Origin: a virus | Length of the DNA stretch: 30,333 bases | UHGV virus genome: UHGV-0122274 | Reading direction: 5' to 3' (one strand) | Shown here: piece after piece, positions 22,296-30,333 of the stretch | Numbering within the stretch: position 1 is the stretch's first letter | Layout of the letters: every line of letters starts with the position of its first letter | Notes under the pieces: generated by a model | Database searches by the model: none | Told to the model about the DNA's origin: nothing | The model's input: the letters and a program-made list of their open reading frames with translations, nothing else | Program-made: the position numbers and the translations under genes

Positions 22296-22692
22296 GTCTT
22301 ACCCCCAATAAGGGGATTTGCTCTATTTAATTAGGAATAAGGTCGGTTACTGATAGAACAAATCCAGGCTACTGTGTTTAGTAATCAGATTTGTTCGTGA
22401 CCGATATGCACGGGCAAAACGGCAGGAGGTTGTTAGCGCAACCTCTTGCCACCCGCTTTCACGAAGGTCATGTGTAGAAGGCCGCAGCGTAACTATCACT
22501 GATGAATTCAGGATAGCCAGTGGCTACGGCTCAGTTTGGGTCGTGCTGTTGCTGGGCGGCGATGACGCCTGTACGCATTTGGTGATCCGGTTCTGCTTCC
22601 GGTACTCGCTTAATTCAGCACAACGGAAAGAGCACTCAATGCATTTAAGCCAAGCCCCATAAGGGAGAATGCTCTTACCTGTTGCACAGATA

Positions 22693-22751
22693 TAAAAAAT
22701 CCCGAAACCGTTATGCAGGCTCTAACTATTACCTGCGAACTGTTTCGGGAT
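22693..22751 (-). terminator. tR' late terminator (compound hairpin tcccgaaac ... gtttcggga followed by U-tract)
   Basis: 9-bp outer stem with nested gcagg/cctgc inner stem followed by TTTTTTAT on the - strand, about 190 nt downstream of PR'; matches the lambda tR' sequence context as recalled. Confidence 0.6.
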
Positions 22752-22886
22752 TGCATTTTGCAGACCTCTCAGCCTGCGATGGTTGGAGTTCCAGACGATA
22801 CGTCGAAGTGACCAACTAGGCGGAATCGGTAGTAAGCGCCGCCTCTTTTCATCTCACTACCACAACGAGCGAATTAACCCATCGTT
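22693..22886 (-). ncRNA. Short PR'-initiated terminated transcript (equivalent of the lambda 6S RNA); 5' end approximate
   Basis: Interval from the inferred PR' start (about 7 nt after the -10) to the tR' U-tract is about 194 nt, the size of the lambda 6S RNA. Confidence 0.4.
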
Positions 22887-22921
22887 AGGTCAAATTTACC
22901 CAGCTTTATTCAAAAAGTCAA
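22886..22921 (-). promoter_or_regulatory. Late promoter PR' with overlapping qut (Q utilisation) site
   Basis: - strand TTGACT (-35, 22916-22921), 17-bp spacer, TAAATT (-10, 22893-22898); immediately downstream of Q and upstream of S; sequence context matches lambda PR' as recalled. Confidence 0.6.
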
Positions 22922-22963
22922 TATTATGCCGTTAATATGTTGCCATCCGTGGCAATCATGCTG

Positions 22964-23587
22964 TTAACGTGTGACCGCATTCAAAATGTTGTCTGCGATT
23001 GACTCTTCCTTGTGGCATTGCACCACCAGAGCGTCATACAGTGGCTTAACAGTGCGTGACCAGGTGGGTTGGGTAAGGTTTGGGATTAGCATCGTTACAG
23101 CGCGATATGCGGCACTTGCTGGCATCCTTGAATAGCCGACTCCTTTGCATCTTCCGCACTCTTTCTCGACAACTCTCCCCCACTGCTCTGTTTTTGCTAT
23201 ATCAACCGCACGGCCTGTACCGTGGCAATCTCTGCATCTTGCCCCCGGCGTCGCGGCACTACGGCAATAATCCGCATAAGCGAATGTTGCGAGCACTTGC
23301 AGTACCTTTGCCTTAGTATTTCCTTCGAGCTTTGCCACACCACGGTATTTCCCCGATACCTTGTGTGCAAATTGCATCAGATAGTTGATAGCCTTTTGTT
23401 TGTCGTTCTGGCTGAGTTCATGCTTACCGCAGAATGCAGCCATTCCGAATCCGGCTTGTGATTGCGCCATCCCCATAGCAGCCATCACATCAGTACCGGA
23501 AAGAGAGTCAGAAGCCGTAGTCCGTGGTGTGTCGCTCATCATCGGGCTTTTTGGCGAATGAAATTTAGCTACGCTTTCGAGTCTCAT
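22964..23587 (-). CDS. Q: Late-gene antiterminator Q (lambda-type)
   Basis: 207 aa, [48 protein letters not shown]...[11 protein letters not shown]...[10 protein letters not shown] (zinc-binding motif); matches lambda Q from memory. Confidence 0.9.
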   Translation of the reverse strand: MRLESVAKFHSPKSPMMSDTPRTTASDSLSGTDVMAAMGMAQSQAGFGMAAFCGKHELSQNDKQKAINYLMQFAHKVSGKYRGVAKLEGNTKAKVLQVLATFAYADYCRSAATPGARCRDCHGTGRAVDIAKTEQWGRVVEKECGRCKGVGYSRMPASAAYRAVTMLIPNLTQPTWSRTVKPLYDALVVQCHKEESIADNILNAVTR

Positions 23588-24249
23588 GCGCCTTCTCCCT
23601 GTACCTGAATCAATGTGAGATTTCCGCAGAACACTGCTCCGGTATCGATATACATCTGGTTGGCAAATTTGAGTGGTTTCACTGCTGGCGTATGACCAAA
23701 GATGAACGTGTCCGCGCCTTTAATTTCTTTCACGATCCCGTCTTGTGAGTTGCTGATTCGTTCGCGGTTCCAGATTACCTGCTGATGATCAACTGGCTTT
23801 CCGAACTCGTATTCATCACAGGGATAATCGGCGTGGCAGATGACGTATTTTTTATCTTTGCTCACCAGTTCGATGATTAACGGAAGTTCATCTGCTTTAT
23901 GGGCAAGAGCTTTAGCCAGAATTTCTTTGTCGTAATCGAGATTAAAGAACCAGCCACCGCCATTAAGCAGCCAGTGATTGACGTTTCCGCGCTCTGATAA
24001 GCCATCAATCATCATTTGCTCATGGTTTCCACGTACAGCTCTGAACCAGGGGAATGTGATTAATTCCAGGCATTCAACGTTCTCTGCACCACGATCAACC
24101 AAATCGCCAACCGAGATAAGCAGGTCTTTTTTGGTGTCGAATCCTATCGTCTCCAGTTTTTTCATCAGGTTCGTGTAGCATCCGTGCAGATCGCCAACTA
24201 CCCAAATATTTCGGTATTTGCTGCCATCAATTTTTTCGTAATAGCGCAT
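23584..24249 (-). CDS. ninI: NinI Ser/Thr protein phosphatase (lambda PPase-like)
   Basis: From the internal ATG at 24249: [29 protein letters not shown]...[16 protein letters not shown]...GNHE metallophosphatase motifs; the ORF-track N-terminal extension was rejected. Confidence 0.85.
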   Translation of the reverse strand: MRYYEKIDGSKYRNIWVVGDLHGCYTNLMKKLETIGFDTKKDLLISVGDLVDRGAENVECLELITFPWFRAVRGNHEQMMIDGLSERGNVNHWLLNGGGWFFNLDYDKEILAKALAHKADELPLIIELVSKDKKYVICHADYPCDEYEFGKPVDHQQVIWNRERISNSQDGIVKEIKGADTFIFGHTPAVKPLKFANQMYIDTGAVFCGNLTLIQVQGEGA

Positions 24250-24433
24250 CTCTTTCACTCCATCCGCGATGAACCATAAGAACGTCGTTGACGATGGCGT
24301 GCATTTTCCCGTCTTTATCATCAACGTATTTTCTGACCGTACCGCGACTACATTTCAGTCTGCGTGCCTCTTCTGTCTGGTTTCCGTATGCTTCAACGAG
24401 CATGTCTGGAATGGTTTTTACTGAGAACGTCGT
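24227..24433 (-). CDS. ninH: NinH-like protein; expected start codon position reads ACG instead of ATG
   Basis: Frame encodes (T)[67 protein letters not shown], lambda NinH from memory; GAGG lies 4 nt upstream of the ACG at 24433-24431; first in-frame ATG is codon 10 (24406). Confidence 0.6.
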   Translation of the reverse strand, partial: TTFSVKTIPDMLVEAYGNQTEEARRLKCSRGTVRKYVDDKDGKMHAIVNDVLMVHRGWSERDALLRKN

Positions 24434-25041
24434 GCGGCCTCACTTCTGCTATTTCGCAGGTCTTTGAGTTTCTGTTGGTACTCTGCCTTGATCGCCTTGC
24501 ACTCTTCGACAGTCCAGCGATGGCGGCTATGGTTTGATTCGATTTCGTCTACTGCTTCCTGCCCGATGCGGTTAATCAGTTCGACGCGATACGGAACGAG
24601 ATTTCCGCTTTTGTGCTGGTTGCACACCACGCATTGCTTGTGAATATTGCGTTCATCAAATCGGAGTTGAGGTGCCGCAGCAGTTGTCCGGTAATGTCCG
24701 GCATCCCACTGAGCAGACGTGAGCGTTCCGCACGAGATACATGGTAAGTCGCGGTCTCTTTCTCTGATGAAGGCGTTTACGGCTTGTTGGGCTTGTTTAA
24801 TCCAGTAACTGCGGGGCTTTAAGGCGAGTTTTCGAATCTTAAGTTTATCTTTCTGTTTCTGCTCCTCTCGTCGTCGTTTCTTCTCTGCTGCTTTTTCCGC
24901 TTTTTCGCGTTCTTTGCTTCGTCGTTCGAGTGCTATCTTGGTTCCACACTCTGGAGAGCACCACCACTGATTAGCGAATGCAGGGTGAAACCATTCCCGA
25001 CATTCTTCGTTTTTACATCGTCTTCGCGCTGGTTTAGCCAT
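24418..25041 (-). CDS. ninG: NinG (Rap) recombination-promoting endonuclease
   Basis: 207 aa, [47 protein letters not shown]... matches lambda NinG from memory. Confidence 0.85.
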   Translation of the reverse strand: MAKPARRRCKNEECREWFHPAFANQWWCSPECGTKIALERRSKEREKAEKAAEKKRRREEQKQKDKLKIRKLALKPRSYWIKQAQQAVNAFIRERDRDLPCISCGTLTSAQWDAGHYRTTAAAPQLRFDERNIHKQCVVCNQHKSGNLVPYRVELINRIGQEAVDEIESNHSRHRWTVEECKAIKAEYQQKLKDLRNSRSEAARRSQ

Positions 25042-25210
25042 CGTCTTCTTCCTCGTACATTGAGCTATTCGGATCGCTCATCAGTTCTGCGCAGCAGTGC
25101 TCACACACGTGAACTTCCAGCACATGCAGCTTCTGACCGCAGTTAGCGCACGTTAAAGCTCGCTCGACGCTTTCTTTCTGGTATTGAATGGATTGGGATG
25201 GGCTAAGCAT
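25034..25210 (-). CDS. ninF: NinF small Cys-rich protein (58 aa; below the ORF-track size cutoff)
   Basis: Hand translation: [58 protein letters not shown]; ATG overlaps the ninX-like stop and its stop overlaps the ninG start. Confidence 0.7.
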   Translation of the reverse strand: MLSPSQSIQYQKESVERALTCANCGQKLHVLEVHVCEHCCAELMSDPNSSMYEEEDDG

Positions 25211-25592
25211 TATTGGCGTCCTGCATCATGAGAAAGACAATCATGGCGGCACGGAGTGGATTGTCATATGCGACACCAACATTCGGTCCGGCATCATCAA
25301 ACAAGTCCCTTGCGTTGTCTGTAGCGCACGGCATTGCGGGATTGTCTAAAATTATGCTGATGTTGTTTTCAGTGATAATCGGCCATGCGTCTGCTGGGTT
25401 TGCACATGGGTTAAAGGATCCGCGCTCAACTTCTACTTCAACTGCGTCTCCGTTTACAATGTCTCCCTCAAATGAGATAAACACCATCGCGCCATTCTCA
25501 CCTTCTTTGTAATCCGGTGATCCGTTATGAATGGCTTCGAATACTGCCACGTTAATTTCAAAATCACTTAACTGTGAATAATCCATTGTCAT
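25203..25592 (-). CDS. NinX-like nin-region protein (about 129 aa from ATG at 25592)
   Basis: Position between ninE and ninF as in P22; start chosen at the ATGA overlap with the ninE stop; family assignment tentative. Confidence 0.5.
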   Translation of the reverse strand: MTMDYSQLSDFEINVAVFEAIHNGSPDYKEGENGAMVFISFEGDIVNGDAVEVEVERGSFNPCANPADAWPIITENNISIILDNPAMPCATDNARDLFDDAGPNVGVAYDNPLRAAMIVFLMMQDANNA

Positions 25593-25765
25593 TTCCTCGC
25601 ACGATGTCTTAGCCACCGGATATCCCACAGGTGAGCCGTGTAGTTGAAGGTTTTTACGTCAGATTCTTTTGGGATTGGCTTGCGTTTATTTCTGGAGCGC
25701 TTCGTTGGAAGGTATTTGCAGTTTTCGCAGATTATGTCGGTGATACTTCGTCGCTGTCGCCTCAT
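25589..25765 (-). CDS. ninE: NinE protein
   Basis: From the internal ATG at 25765: [58 protein letters not shown], lambda NinE from memory; the ORF-track TTG-start extension was rejected. Confidence 0.75.
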   Translation of the reverse strand: MRRQRRSITDIICENCKYLPTKRSRNKRKPIPKESDVKTFNYTAHLWDIRWLRHRARK

Positions 25766-26289
25766 GCCGCCCTCCTGACGCCCTGCCCGATCGCCATCAA
25801 TGCCGCTTTGGATACGGTAGTAAACATCCGTCGAGGACTGATGAACGGTCGCCAAATCAGCGGCATGGAACCTTTGCTGTTTCCCTTCTTCTCCAGCCCT
25901 GTCGATGGTTCGATAAAATTAATCCGTCCATCAGTGATAATGCGAACTTCGTCGACACTCTCCAGAGCCTTGCTGAACCATCCGACTGACATATCCTCTG
26001 GCACAAGCATAACTACCGTCTGTCGCTGTTGTATGCACTGCTCAGCGGCTTTTTCCACCCACGGCCTGATATTGCTGTACGGTGGGTTATTCCAGATTGC
26101 ACCGTGGCTTACCCACTCAGAATTGAGCGCGTCGTCGGCCTCAGTTAGCCAGTGAGCACACAGAGCATTTTTGTCGCTCGCTGCCGAATCCAGCCAGAAT
26201 CCAAACTCAATATCCAGTGCATCAAAAAGCCAGAGCGGCGTTTGCCAGCAGTCCTTGTCGTGTGCTGGCGTATTTGATTTGATAGTCAT
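25762..26289 (-). CDS. Orphan DNA N6-adenine methyltransferase (phage Dam-like, NPPY motif)
   Basis: From the ATG at 26289 (ATGA overlap with the ninB stop): [44 protein letters not shown]...WNNPPYSN; occupies the ninC/ninD position of lambda; no adjacent restriction endonuclease gene. Confidence 0.8.
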   Translation of the reverse strand: MTIKSNTPAHDKDCWQTPLWLFDALDIEFGFWLDSAASDKNALCAHWLTEADDALNSEWVSHGAIWNNPPYSNIRPWVEKAAEQCIQQRQTVVMLVPEDMSVGWFSKALESVDEVRIITDGRINFIEPSTGLEKKGNSKGSMPLIWRPFISPRRMFTTVSKAALMAIGQGVRRAA

Positions 26290-26726
26290 GCAGCCCGATC
26301 TCCCCATCGCGCTTTCCATTCGAGAGCCAGTCGCGCTTCGTCTGACCACTTAACGCCACGCTCTGTACCGAATGCCTGTATAAGCTCTAATAGCTCCGCA
26401 AATTCGCTTACACGCATCCTGCTGGTTGACTGGCCTATTACCACAAAGCCATTCCCGGCAAGGTTAGGAACAACATCCTGCTGCTTTAATGCTGCGGTAA
26501 ACACACACTTCCAGCTTTCTGCATCCAGCCAGCGACCATGCCATTCAACCTGACGAGAGACGTCACCAAGGCAAGCCCAAAGCTTTCGATTCTGGTCTAA
26601 GCTGCGGTTGCGTTCCTGAATGGTTACTACGATTGGTTTGGTTGGGTCTGGAAGAATTTGCTGTACCGCGTGAATAGCGTTTTGCTGATGTGCTGGAGAT
26701 CGAATTTCAAAGGTTAGTTTTTTCAT
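26286..26726 (-). CDS. ninB: NinB (Orf) recombination mediator
   Basis: 146 aa, MKKLTFEIRSPAHQQNAIHAVQQILPDPTKPIVVTIQERNRSLDQNRKLWACLGDVSRQVEWHGRW... matches lambda NinB from memory. Confidence 0.85.
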   Translation of the reverse strand: MKKLTFEIRSPAHQQNAIHAVQQILPDPTKPIVVTIQERNRSLDQNRKLWACLGDVSRQVEWHGRWLDAESWKCVFTAALKQQDVVPNLAGNGFVVIGQSTSRMRVSEFAELLELIQAFGTERGVKWSDEARLALEWKARWGDRAA

Positions 26727-26919
26727 GACTTCCCTCTCTAACAGATTTCAGGTTATTCCACTCCGTTACCGCACTGCGATAATTCGCGGCCGCCACAGCA
26801 GCGTGGTTAGCGCAGTAGATTTGGCACCCGTTCTCCATGTCGAATATTGTCGGTGATTTTCCGCATTTACATTTCTTGGCACGCGGTGCGTCTGAACACA
26901 TTCCGTTAACGGTGTCCAT
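26707..26919 (-). CDS. Small Cys-rich hypothetical protein (70 aa), possible zinc ribbon
   Basis: GAGGGG RBS 7-8 nt upstream of the ATG; Cys pattern C-x8-C-x-C-x13-C-x3-C; overlaps the ninB start by 20 nt; occupies the ren position of lambda. Confidence 0.5.
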   Translation of the reverse strand: MDTVNGMCSDAPRAKKCKCGKSPTIFDMENGCQIYCANHAAVAAANYRSAVTEWNNLKSVREGSHEKTNL

Positions 26920-26952
26920 CAGGATTCCCCTCGTTCTTAATCCAATAAGAAA

Positions 26953-26973
26953 GGGCTACTGTGTAAATAGCCC
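26953..26973 (-). terminator. Weak hairpin (gggcta / tagccc, 9-nt loop) followed by a U-rich tract after the primase-helicase gene
   Basis: Read directly in the 85-bp gap between the helicase stop (27005) and the 70-aa ORF start (26919). Confidence 0.3.
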
Positions 26974-27004
26974 CTGTTATTAGCTCAGTGATGTAGATGG
27001 TCAT

Positions 27005-28885
27005 TTAATACTCCGTCACGTTTTCCTGTCGCCACGCCTCGTCATATTCCGATTTCGGCATATTGGCGATGTAGCTATATGGCGATCCTGATTCAAGTTG
27101 CAGGAACTGGTGCGATTGCTCGTCAAGGAACAACGGGACGCCACCTTCCCAACCTTCGCCGTTACGTTGTTTTTCAAGCATCAAAACAGATGCCGGAGAC
27201 GCCAGTACCTGTTCGTCCTTCTCTGACATCTTTTCACCACTCTGAACTCTCTGTAACGCTCTCTCGCGAGCCTTGTTACGCCAGATGATGAAAAGGTTGT
27301 CTGTCAGGTCTGTTATCGCTCCAGAGCCTTTTACGTCCATTTTCCCGGTTGGTTTTTCTTCGCTGTCTCCTTTTCGCGAGTGAGTAACGAGAATGACGTG
27401 GGAGTTTGTTTTGTTTTTGAAGTCGCAAATCGAGTCAACAAACGCCTTCTGCCCGTTATAGTCATCGTCGCCTATGCCACATTTCATCAGGCTGTCGATG
27501 ATGAATAACTGGATCCCGTATCGGCGGCGAGCGTAGTCGAATATTTCGATCAGCCTGTCGGCTTTCGCCGTTCCGGTCAGGCCAAACACCCAAAGTCTTT
27601 CGTCATAAAATTTAAATGCAGAGTCAATTTCCAGCACTGGCGGCATCTTGCAGCACGTCGCCTGACGGGTAAGTCGCTTAAGGAGAATGCCTGGCTTCAG
27701 CTCAAGTGACGCGATGCACGTCTTCACACCCTGACGCATTGCCTCAAGTGCCATATGCCCGACAACCTCCGTTTTTCCGTGACCGTTCACACCATTGACC
27801 AGCGTCAACTCGGCCTCACGGAACTGGAATTTATCTGCCAGAGATTCCCACGGTGGATTAAACAGATACTGCTGCTTGCCGTAGAAAGCGTTGATAGTGT
27901 CCTGGTAAAACTCTCGCGCGCTGTAGAGTTCTTCAGGATCGAAGTAGGATGCCGTGCCGATGTACTGCCAGATTTCATCCTCGGTAACACCGTTCATCAG
28001 GCATTCGTTGATGTCTTTGTACGGCAGAGTAACAAGACGGCAACGATGTTCACCGAGTCGGCTTGCGATTTCCCTTGCGGCTTCACGACCAACATCATCA
28101 ACGTCCATCGAGATGAATATTTCCTCAAACCTGTCGAGATTGTGATACTCAAACTCAATCCACTGCTGCTTAGCGCCTTTCCCGCCACCAAACGGCACGG
28201 ATAACGCCGAGATGCCGTATTGCGCATAGCTCATACAATCAATTTCGCCTTCGCAAAGTACAACCGCCCTCACGCCAGCGTCCAGAGCCTGCCATCCGAA
28301 CAGACAAGGTTCGCAATCACCTTCTGCCATAATGACTTTCTTCCCGTCCGGGCGCTCAGTGCTGATTCGCTTGACCTGCAACAACTCACCATCGCGTTTG
28401 TACGGAAGCACCAGAGCATCCAGTTCTCGCTCTCCATTCCACACCTTGCCGCTGACAACCTCGTAGCGCTTTACGACTTCTGGCGATATGCCACGCGATT
28501 GCAGGTACTCAAGATGGGATTCTGTTCTGGTAACGTAGCGGGCGATTTTCTTGCGATCAGGTCTGGAGAATTTCTTCTCACGTTTGGCATCGAAATGGTG
28601 ATCGTCATCCTTGATACCGAGAAATGCTTTCGCTTCCTGCATAGCCTGATGCAGGTTAATTCCACGACATGCCATCCACAAATCAAGCATGTCACCGCCG
28701 TCTCCCTCAGCGAAATCAGCCCATTTTTTCTTGCCGCTAAGGTTGACCTTAAGGCTGTTTCCCTTGTCACCGTTGACGTTACCGGCAACCCACTCATGCC
28801 CATCTTTCTTGCCGTTTGGCAACAGGTGCGGAGCCACCCTGTCAACCTGCGCCCAAAGCAGGTCGCTAAGTTCACTTGGAGTCAT
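27005..28885 (-). CDS. Replicative primase-helicase (Toprim-type primase domain fused to a DnaB/RecA-like SF4 helicase domain)
   Basis: 626 aa; central acidic Toprim-like motifs (VVLCEGEIDCMSYAQYG, ISMDVDDVGREAA); Walker A GVNGHGKT, Walker B LFIIDSLMK, and ILVTHSRKG motif in the C-terminal half. Confidence 0.8.
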   Translation of the reverse strand: MTPSELSDLLWAQVDRVAPHLLPNGKKDGHEWVAGNVNGDKGNSLKVNLSGKKKWADFAEGDGGDMLDLWMACRGINLHQAMQEAKAFLGIKDDDHHFDAKREKKFSRPDRKKIARYVTRTESHLEYLQSRGISPEVVKRYEVVSGKVWNGERELDALVLPYKRDGELLQVKRISTERPDGKKVIMAEGDCEPCLFGWQALDAGVRAVVLCEGEIDCMSYAQYGISALSVPFGGGKGAKQQWIEFEYHNLDRFEEIFISMDVDDVGREAAREIASRLGEHRCRLVTLPYKDINECLMNGVTEDEIWQYIGTASYFDPEELYSAREFYQDTINAFYGKQQYLFNPPWESLADKFQFREAELTLVNGVNGHGKTEVVGHMALEAMRQGVKTCIASLELKPGILLKRLTRQATCCKMPPVLEIDSAFKFYDERLWVFGLTGTAKADRLIEIFDYARRRYGIQLFIIDSLMKCGIGDDDYNGQKAFVDSICDFKNKTNSHVILVTHSRKGDSEEKPTGKMDVKGSGAITDLTDNLFIIWRNKARERALQRVQSGEKMSEKDEQVLASPASVLMLEKQRNGEGWEGGVPLFLDEQSHQFLQLESGSPYSYIANMPKSEYDEAWRQENVTEY

Positions 28886-28995
28886 TACGCTGACCTCAGA
28901 TCGAGACGGTTAAACCAGAACTCAACGAATGCAGAACTAAGCCAGCCATGGTTATAGCCAGCGATAAGTAACGATTTGATTCTGGATTTCATGGT

Positions 28996-29856
28996 TCACC
29001 TGTCGAAAAACACGTAGCCAGTTTTCGATACGGTGATTGCGGATGATGGTTTGGATTGTGGTTGAATAGTTTCTGGCTTCTCGTCGTTCCAGCGTTGACC
29101 GTTCAGGTAGCTTGATGGTAACAACCTGTCGAATCCGAACTGCTTACCATTCCTGCATGCGATGTCTTCTGCCAGCATCGTGGCAAACTCGCTTGCCGTA
29201 CCCCTGGTAGTTTTACGCCATTCCCTGAACTGTGTTCTGAATGCCGAAGCTGCGTTTTTCTTCCCGGCTTTCCGCATGCCTGCACACCAGAATATTTCCT
29301 CGAATGCCTTGTCGGTTTCTTCGTGACGGTCAGATGATTTTTCACACTCAGTCCGAACACTTTCGGACATAGTGTTTTTATTATTTCTTTTTTCTTTTGT
29401 AATAGTTTCTTTTGTGTGTCCCTGTTTTGGTGACAGCGCTGTCACCGTTTTGGTGACACTTTTTGTCACCAATGCAGTGACATTATCACCAGAGTAGTGA
29501 CACCCTTCGATTTGCCATTCCTCGATGTTCTTGTTAGGCCCGATTTGCTGGCCTTCGCGAAGGATAACCTTCATCGCGATAAGCTCATTCTTGGCCTTGT
29601 TTACCTTCTGTCTTGGCAGCCTGGTAATTTGAGCTAACTGACTATCAGAGATGCGATCCATCTTTTTACCGTAGCCGTATGTTTTACGGCATATGGCGTG
29701 GGCAACCTTGCTCTGATTTTTCGTTAAATCTGCGCCGATAAGCTCTTCATACAGGGCATTTGCAAGACGGGTATAACCATCTTCAACTTCTGCCACACGA
29801 CGCTCCACAGGCCGTTGTGAAGGCCTTAAATGTGTTACGGTTGCAAGATTACTCAT
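28996..29856 (-). CDS. Replication initiator, lambda O-like (N-terminal iteron-binding domain)
   Basis: 286 aa; N-terminus ...[61 protein letters not shown]... resembles the lambda O N-terminal domain; origin iterons lie inside the gene. Confidence 0.8.
   Translation of the reverse strand: MSNLATVTHLRPSQRPVERRVAEVEDGYTRLANALYEELIGADLTKNQSKVAHAICRKTYGYGKKMDRISDSQLAQITRLPRQKVNKAKNELIAMKVILREGQQIGPNKNIEEWQIEGCHYSGDNVTALVTKSVTKTVTALSPKQGHTKETITKEKRNNKNTMSESVRTECEKSSDRHEETDKAFEEIFWCAGMRKAGKKNAASAFRTQFREWRKTTRGTASEFATMLAEDIACRNGKQFGFDRLLPSSYLNGQRWNDEKPETIQPQSKPSSAITVSKTGYVFFDR
29371..29505 (-). repeat. Replication origin inside the O-like gene: four iterons (GGTGACA...TGTCACC inverted-repeat units, 20-24 bp period) followed by an AT-rich region
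   Basis: Units at about 29425-29446 (perfect 18-bp palindrome ggtgacagcgctgtcacc), 29447-29470, 29471-29490 and 29491-29505; AT-rich tract 29371-29414; arrangement (iterons then AT-rich in the direction of O transcription) parallels lambda ori. Confidence 0.55.
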
Positions 29857-29995
29857 GACCTTTCTCCTTCTGCATCAGCTTCACTTTTTCCAACTCAGCC
29901 CGGAATCGACCAGGCTGCTTGAAGCTGGACAGGAAGCGATCACGTAGTATGTGTTTGTGAATTTTGTCCTGGTAAGGACTGAGTTGTTTTGTCAT
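29849..29995 (-). CDS. Small hypothetical protein (48 aa) between cII and the O-like gene
   Basis: Hand translation [48 protein letters not shown]; GGAG RBS 5 nt upstream of the ATG; its 3' end overlaps the O start. Confidence 0.4.
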   Translation of the reverse strand: MTKQLSPYQDKIHKHILRDRFLSSFKQPGRFRAELEKVKLMQKEKGHE

Positions 29996-30029
29996 AATGA
30001 CTCCTGTGGATTGATCCAGTCTTTCTACA

Positions 30030-30311
30030 TCAGGCCTCGAAGAATTCGCCGTTCTTCGGGGCTTTTTCTTTTGTCAGGTAATCGGCAAGCCGCTTAGTCA
30101 ATTCAGCCATTTCATCGTCTTCGATTCCGTATTCCAGAACAGCAAGCATCATGCTTACCTGCGAGAAGAAACCATTCTTCCATCGGCTTACCTGATATTC
30201 AGGAACCCCCATCGCTCGAGCGAATGTCTTCTGCCCCATCAGTGCCAGTTTGTTCAGCAAGGCTGACTCGATGCGAGCCGCTTTCTTGCTTTTAGTTGCA
30301 ATAGTACCCAT
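30030..30311 (-). CDS. cII: CII-like transcriptional activator of lysogeny
   Basis: 93 aa; ...[64 protein letters not shown]... parallels lambda CII (HTH region and C-terminal degradation tail) from memory. Confidence 0.8.
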   Translation of the reverse strand: MGTIATKSKKAARIESALLNKLALMGQKTFARAMGVPEYQVSRWKNGFFSQVSMMLAVLEYGIEDDEMAELTKRLADYLTKEKAPKNGEFFEA

Positions 30312-30333
30312 AGATAATTTCCTTAATGATTAG

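Larger units (their letters stand above)
1..30333. mobile_element. P22-like / lambdoid temperate phage (or prophage) genome segment with mosaic lambda-type and P22-type modules
   Basis: Contiguous phage gene order from cII through replication, nin, Q, lysis, terminase, head and tail genes to tailspike, plus int fragment and gtrABC; more than 90 percent coding. Confidence 0.9.

Noticed and set aside
22296-22963. Possible accessory gene between Q and S
   Set aside because: The region matches the lambda PR'-qut-tR' regulatory region and contains no ORF with an RBS; it is regulatory, not coding.
25631-26155. 174-aa ORF on the + strand in the nin region
   Set aside because: Antisense to ninE and the adenine methyltransferase, which are translationally coupled on the - strand; Ser/Ala-rich composition typical of antisense frames.
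28220-28957. 245-aa ORF on the + strand
   Set aside because: Antisense to the primase-helicase gene, whose conserved Walker and Toprim motifs fix the coding strand.
29425-29505. Possible CRISPR-like repeat array
   Set aside because: Units are short inverted-repeat iterons inside a replication initiator gene with no spacers of uniform length and no cas genes; interpreted as ori iterons.

Overview
This 30.3 kb window is a gene-dense segment of a temperate lambdoid phage or prophage of the P22-like (short-tailed, headful/pac) type, and it is a mosaic. I found no rRNA, tRNA, CRISPR array or IS element. The + strand carries only a 3' integrase fragment and a gtrABC O-antigen glucosylation cassette (1-3299). 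Everything else is on the - strand in canonical order: cII, a 48-aa ORF, an O-like replication initiator with an internal iteron origin, a primase-helicase, a nin region (ninB, N6-adenine methyltransferase, ninE, ninX-like, ninF, ninG, ninH, ninI), Q with the PR'/qut/tR' late control region, lysis genes S-R-Rz/Rz1, two small accessory ORFs, terS (with a P22-type pac sequence) and terL, portal, scaffold, coat, a small acidic ORF, gp4, gp10, tail needle, gp14, ejection proteins gp7/gp20/gp16, and the tailspike. The nin-Q-S-R block matches phage lambda as I recall it, while the morphogenesis block follows P22 order. All family assignments are from reading the translated ORFs against remembered protein sequences; no database search was run. 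The candidates most worth a second look are the accessory locus between Rz and terS, the three-part tailspike, the AT-rich gtrC, the orphan methyltransferase, an apparent ATG-to-ACG lesion at the ninH start, and an in-frame hexanucleotide microsatellite read in two overlapping frames. I did not find a clearly novel multi-gene system.
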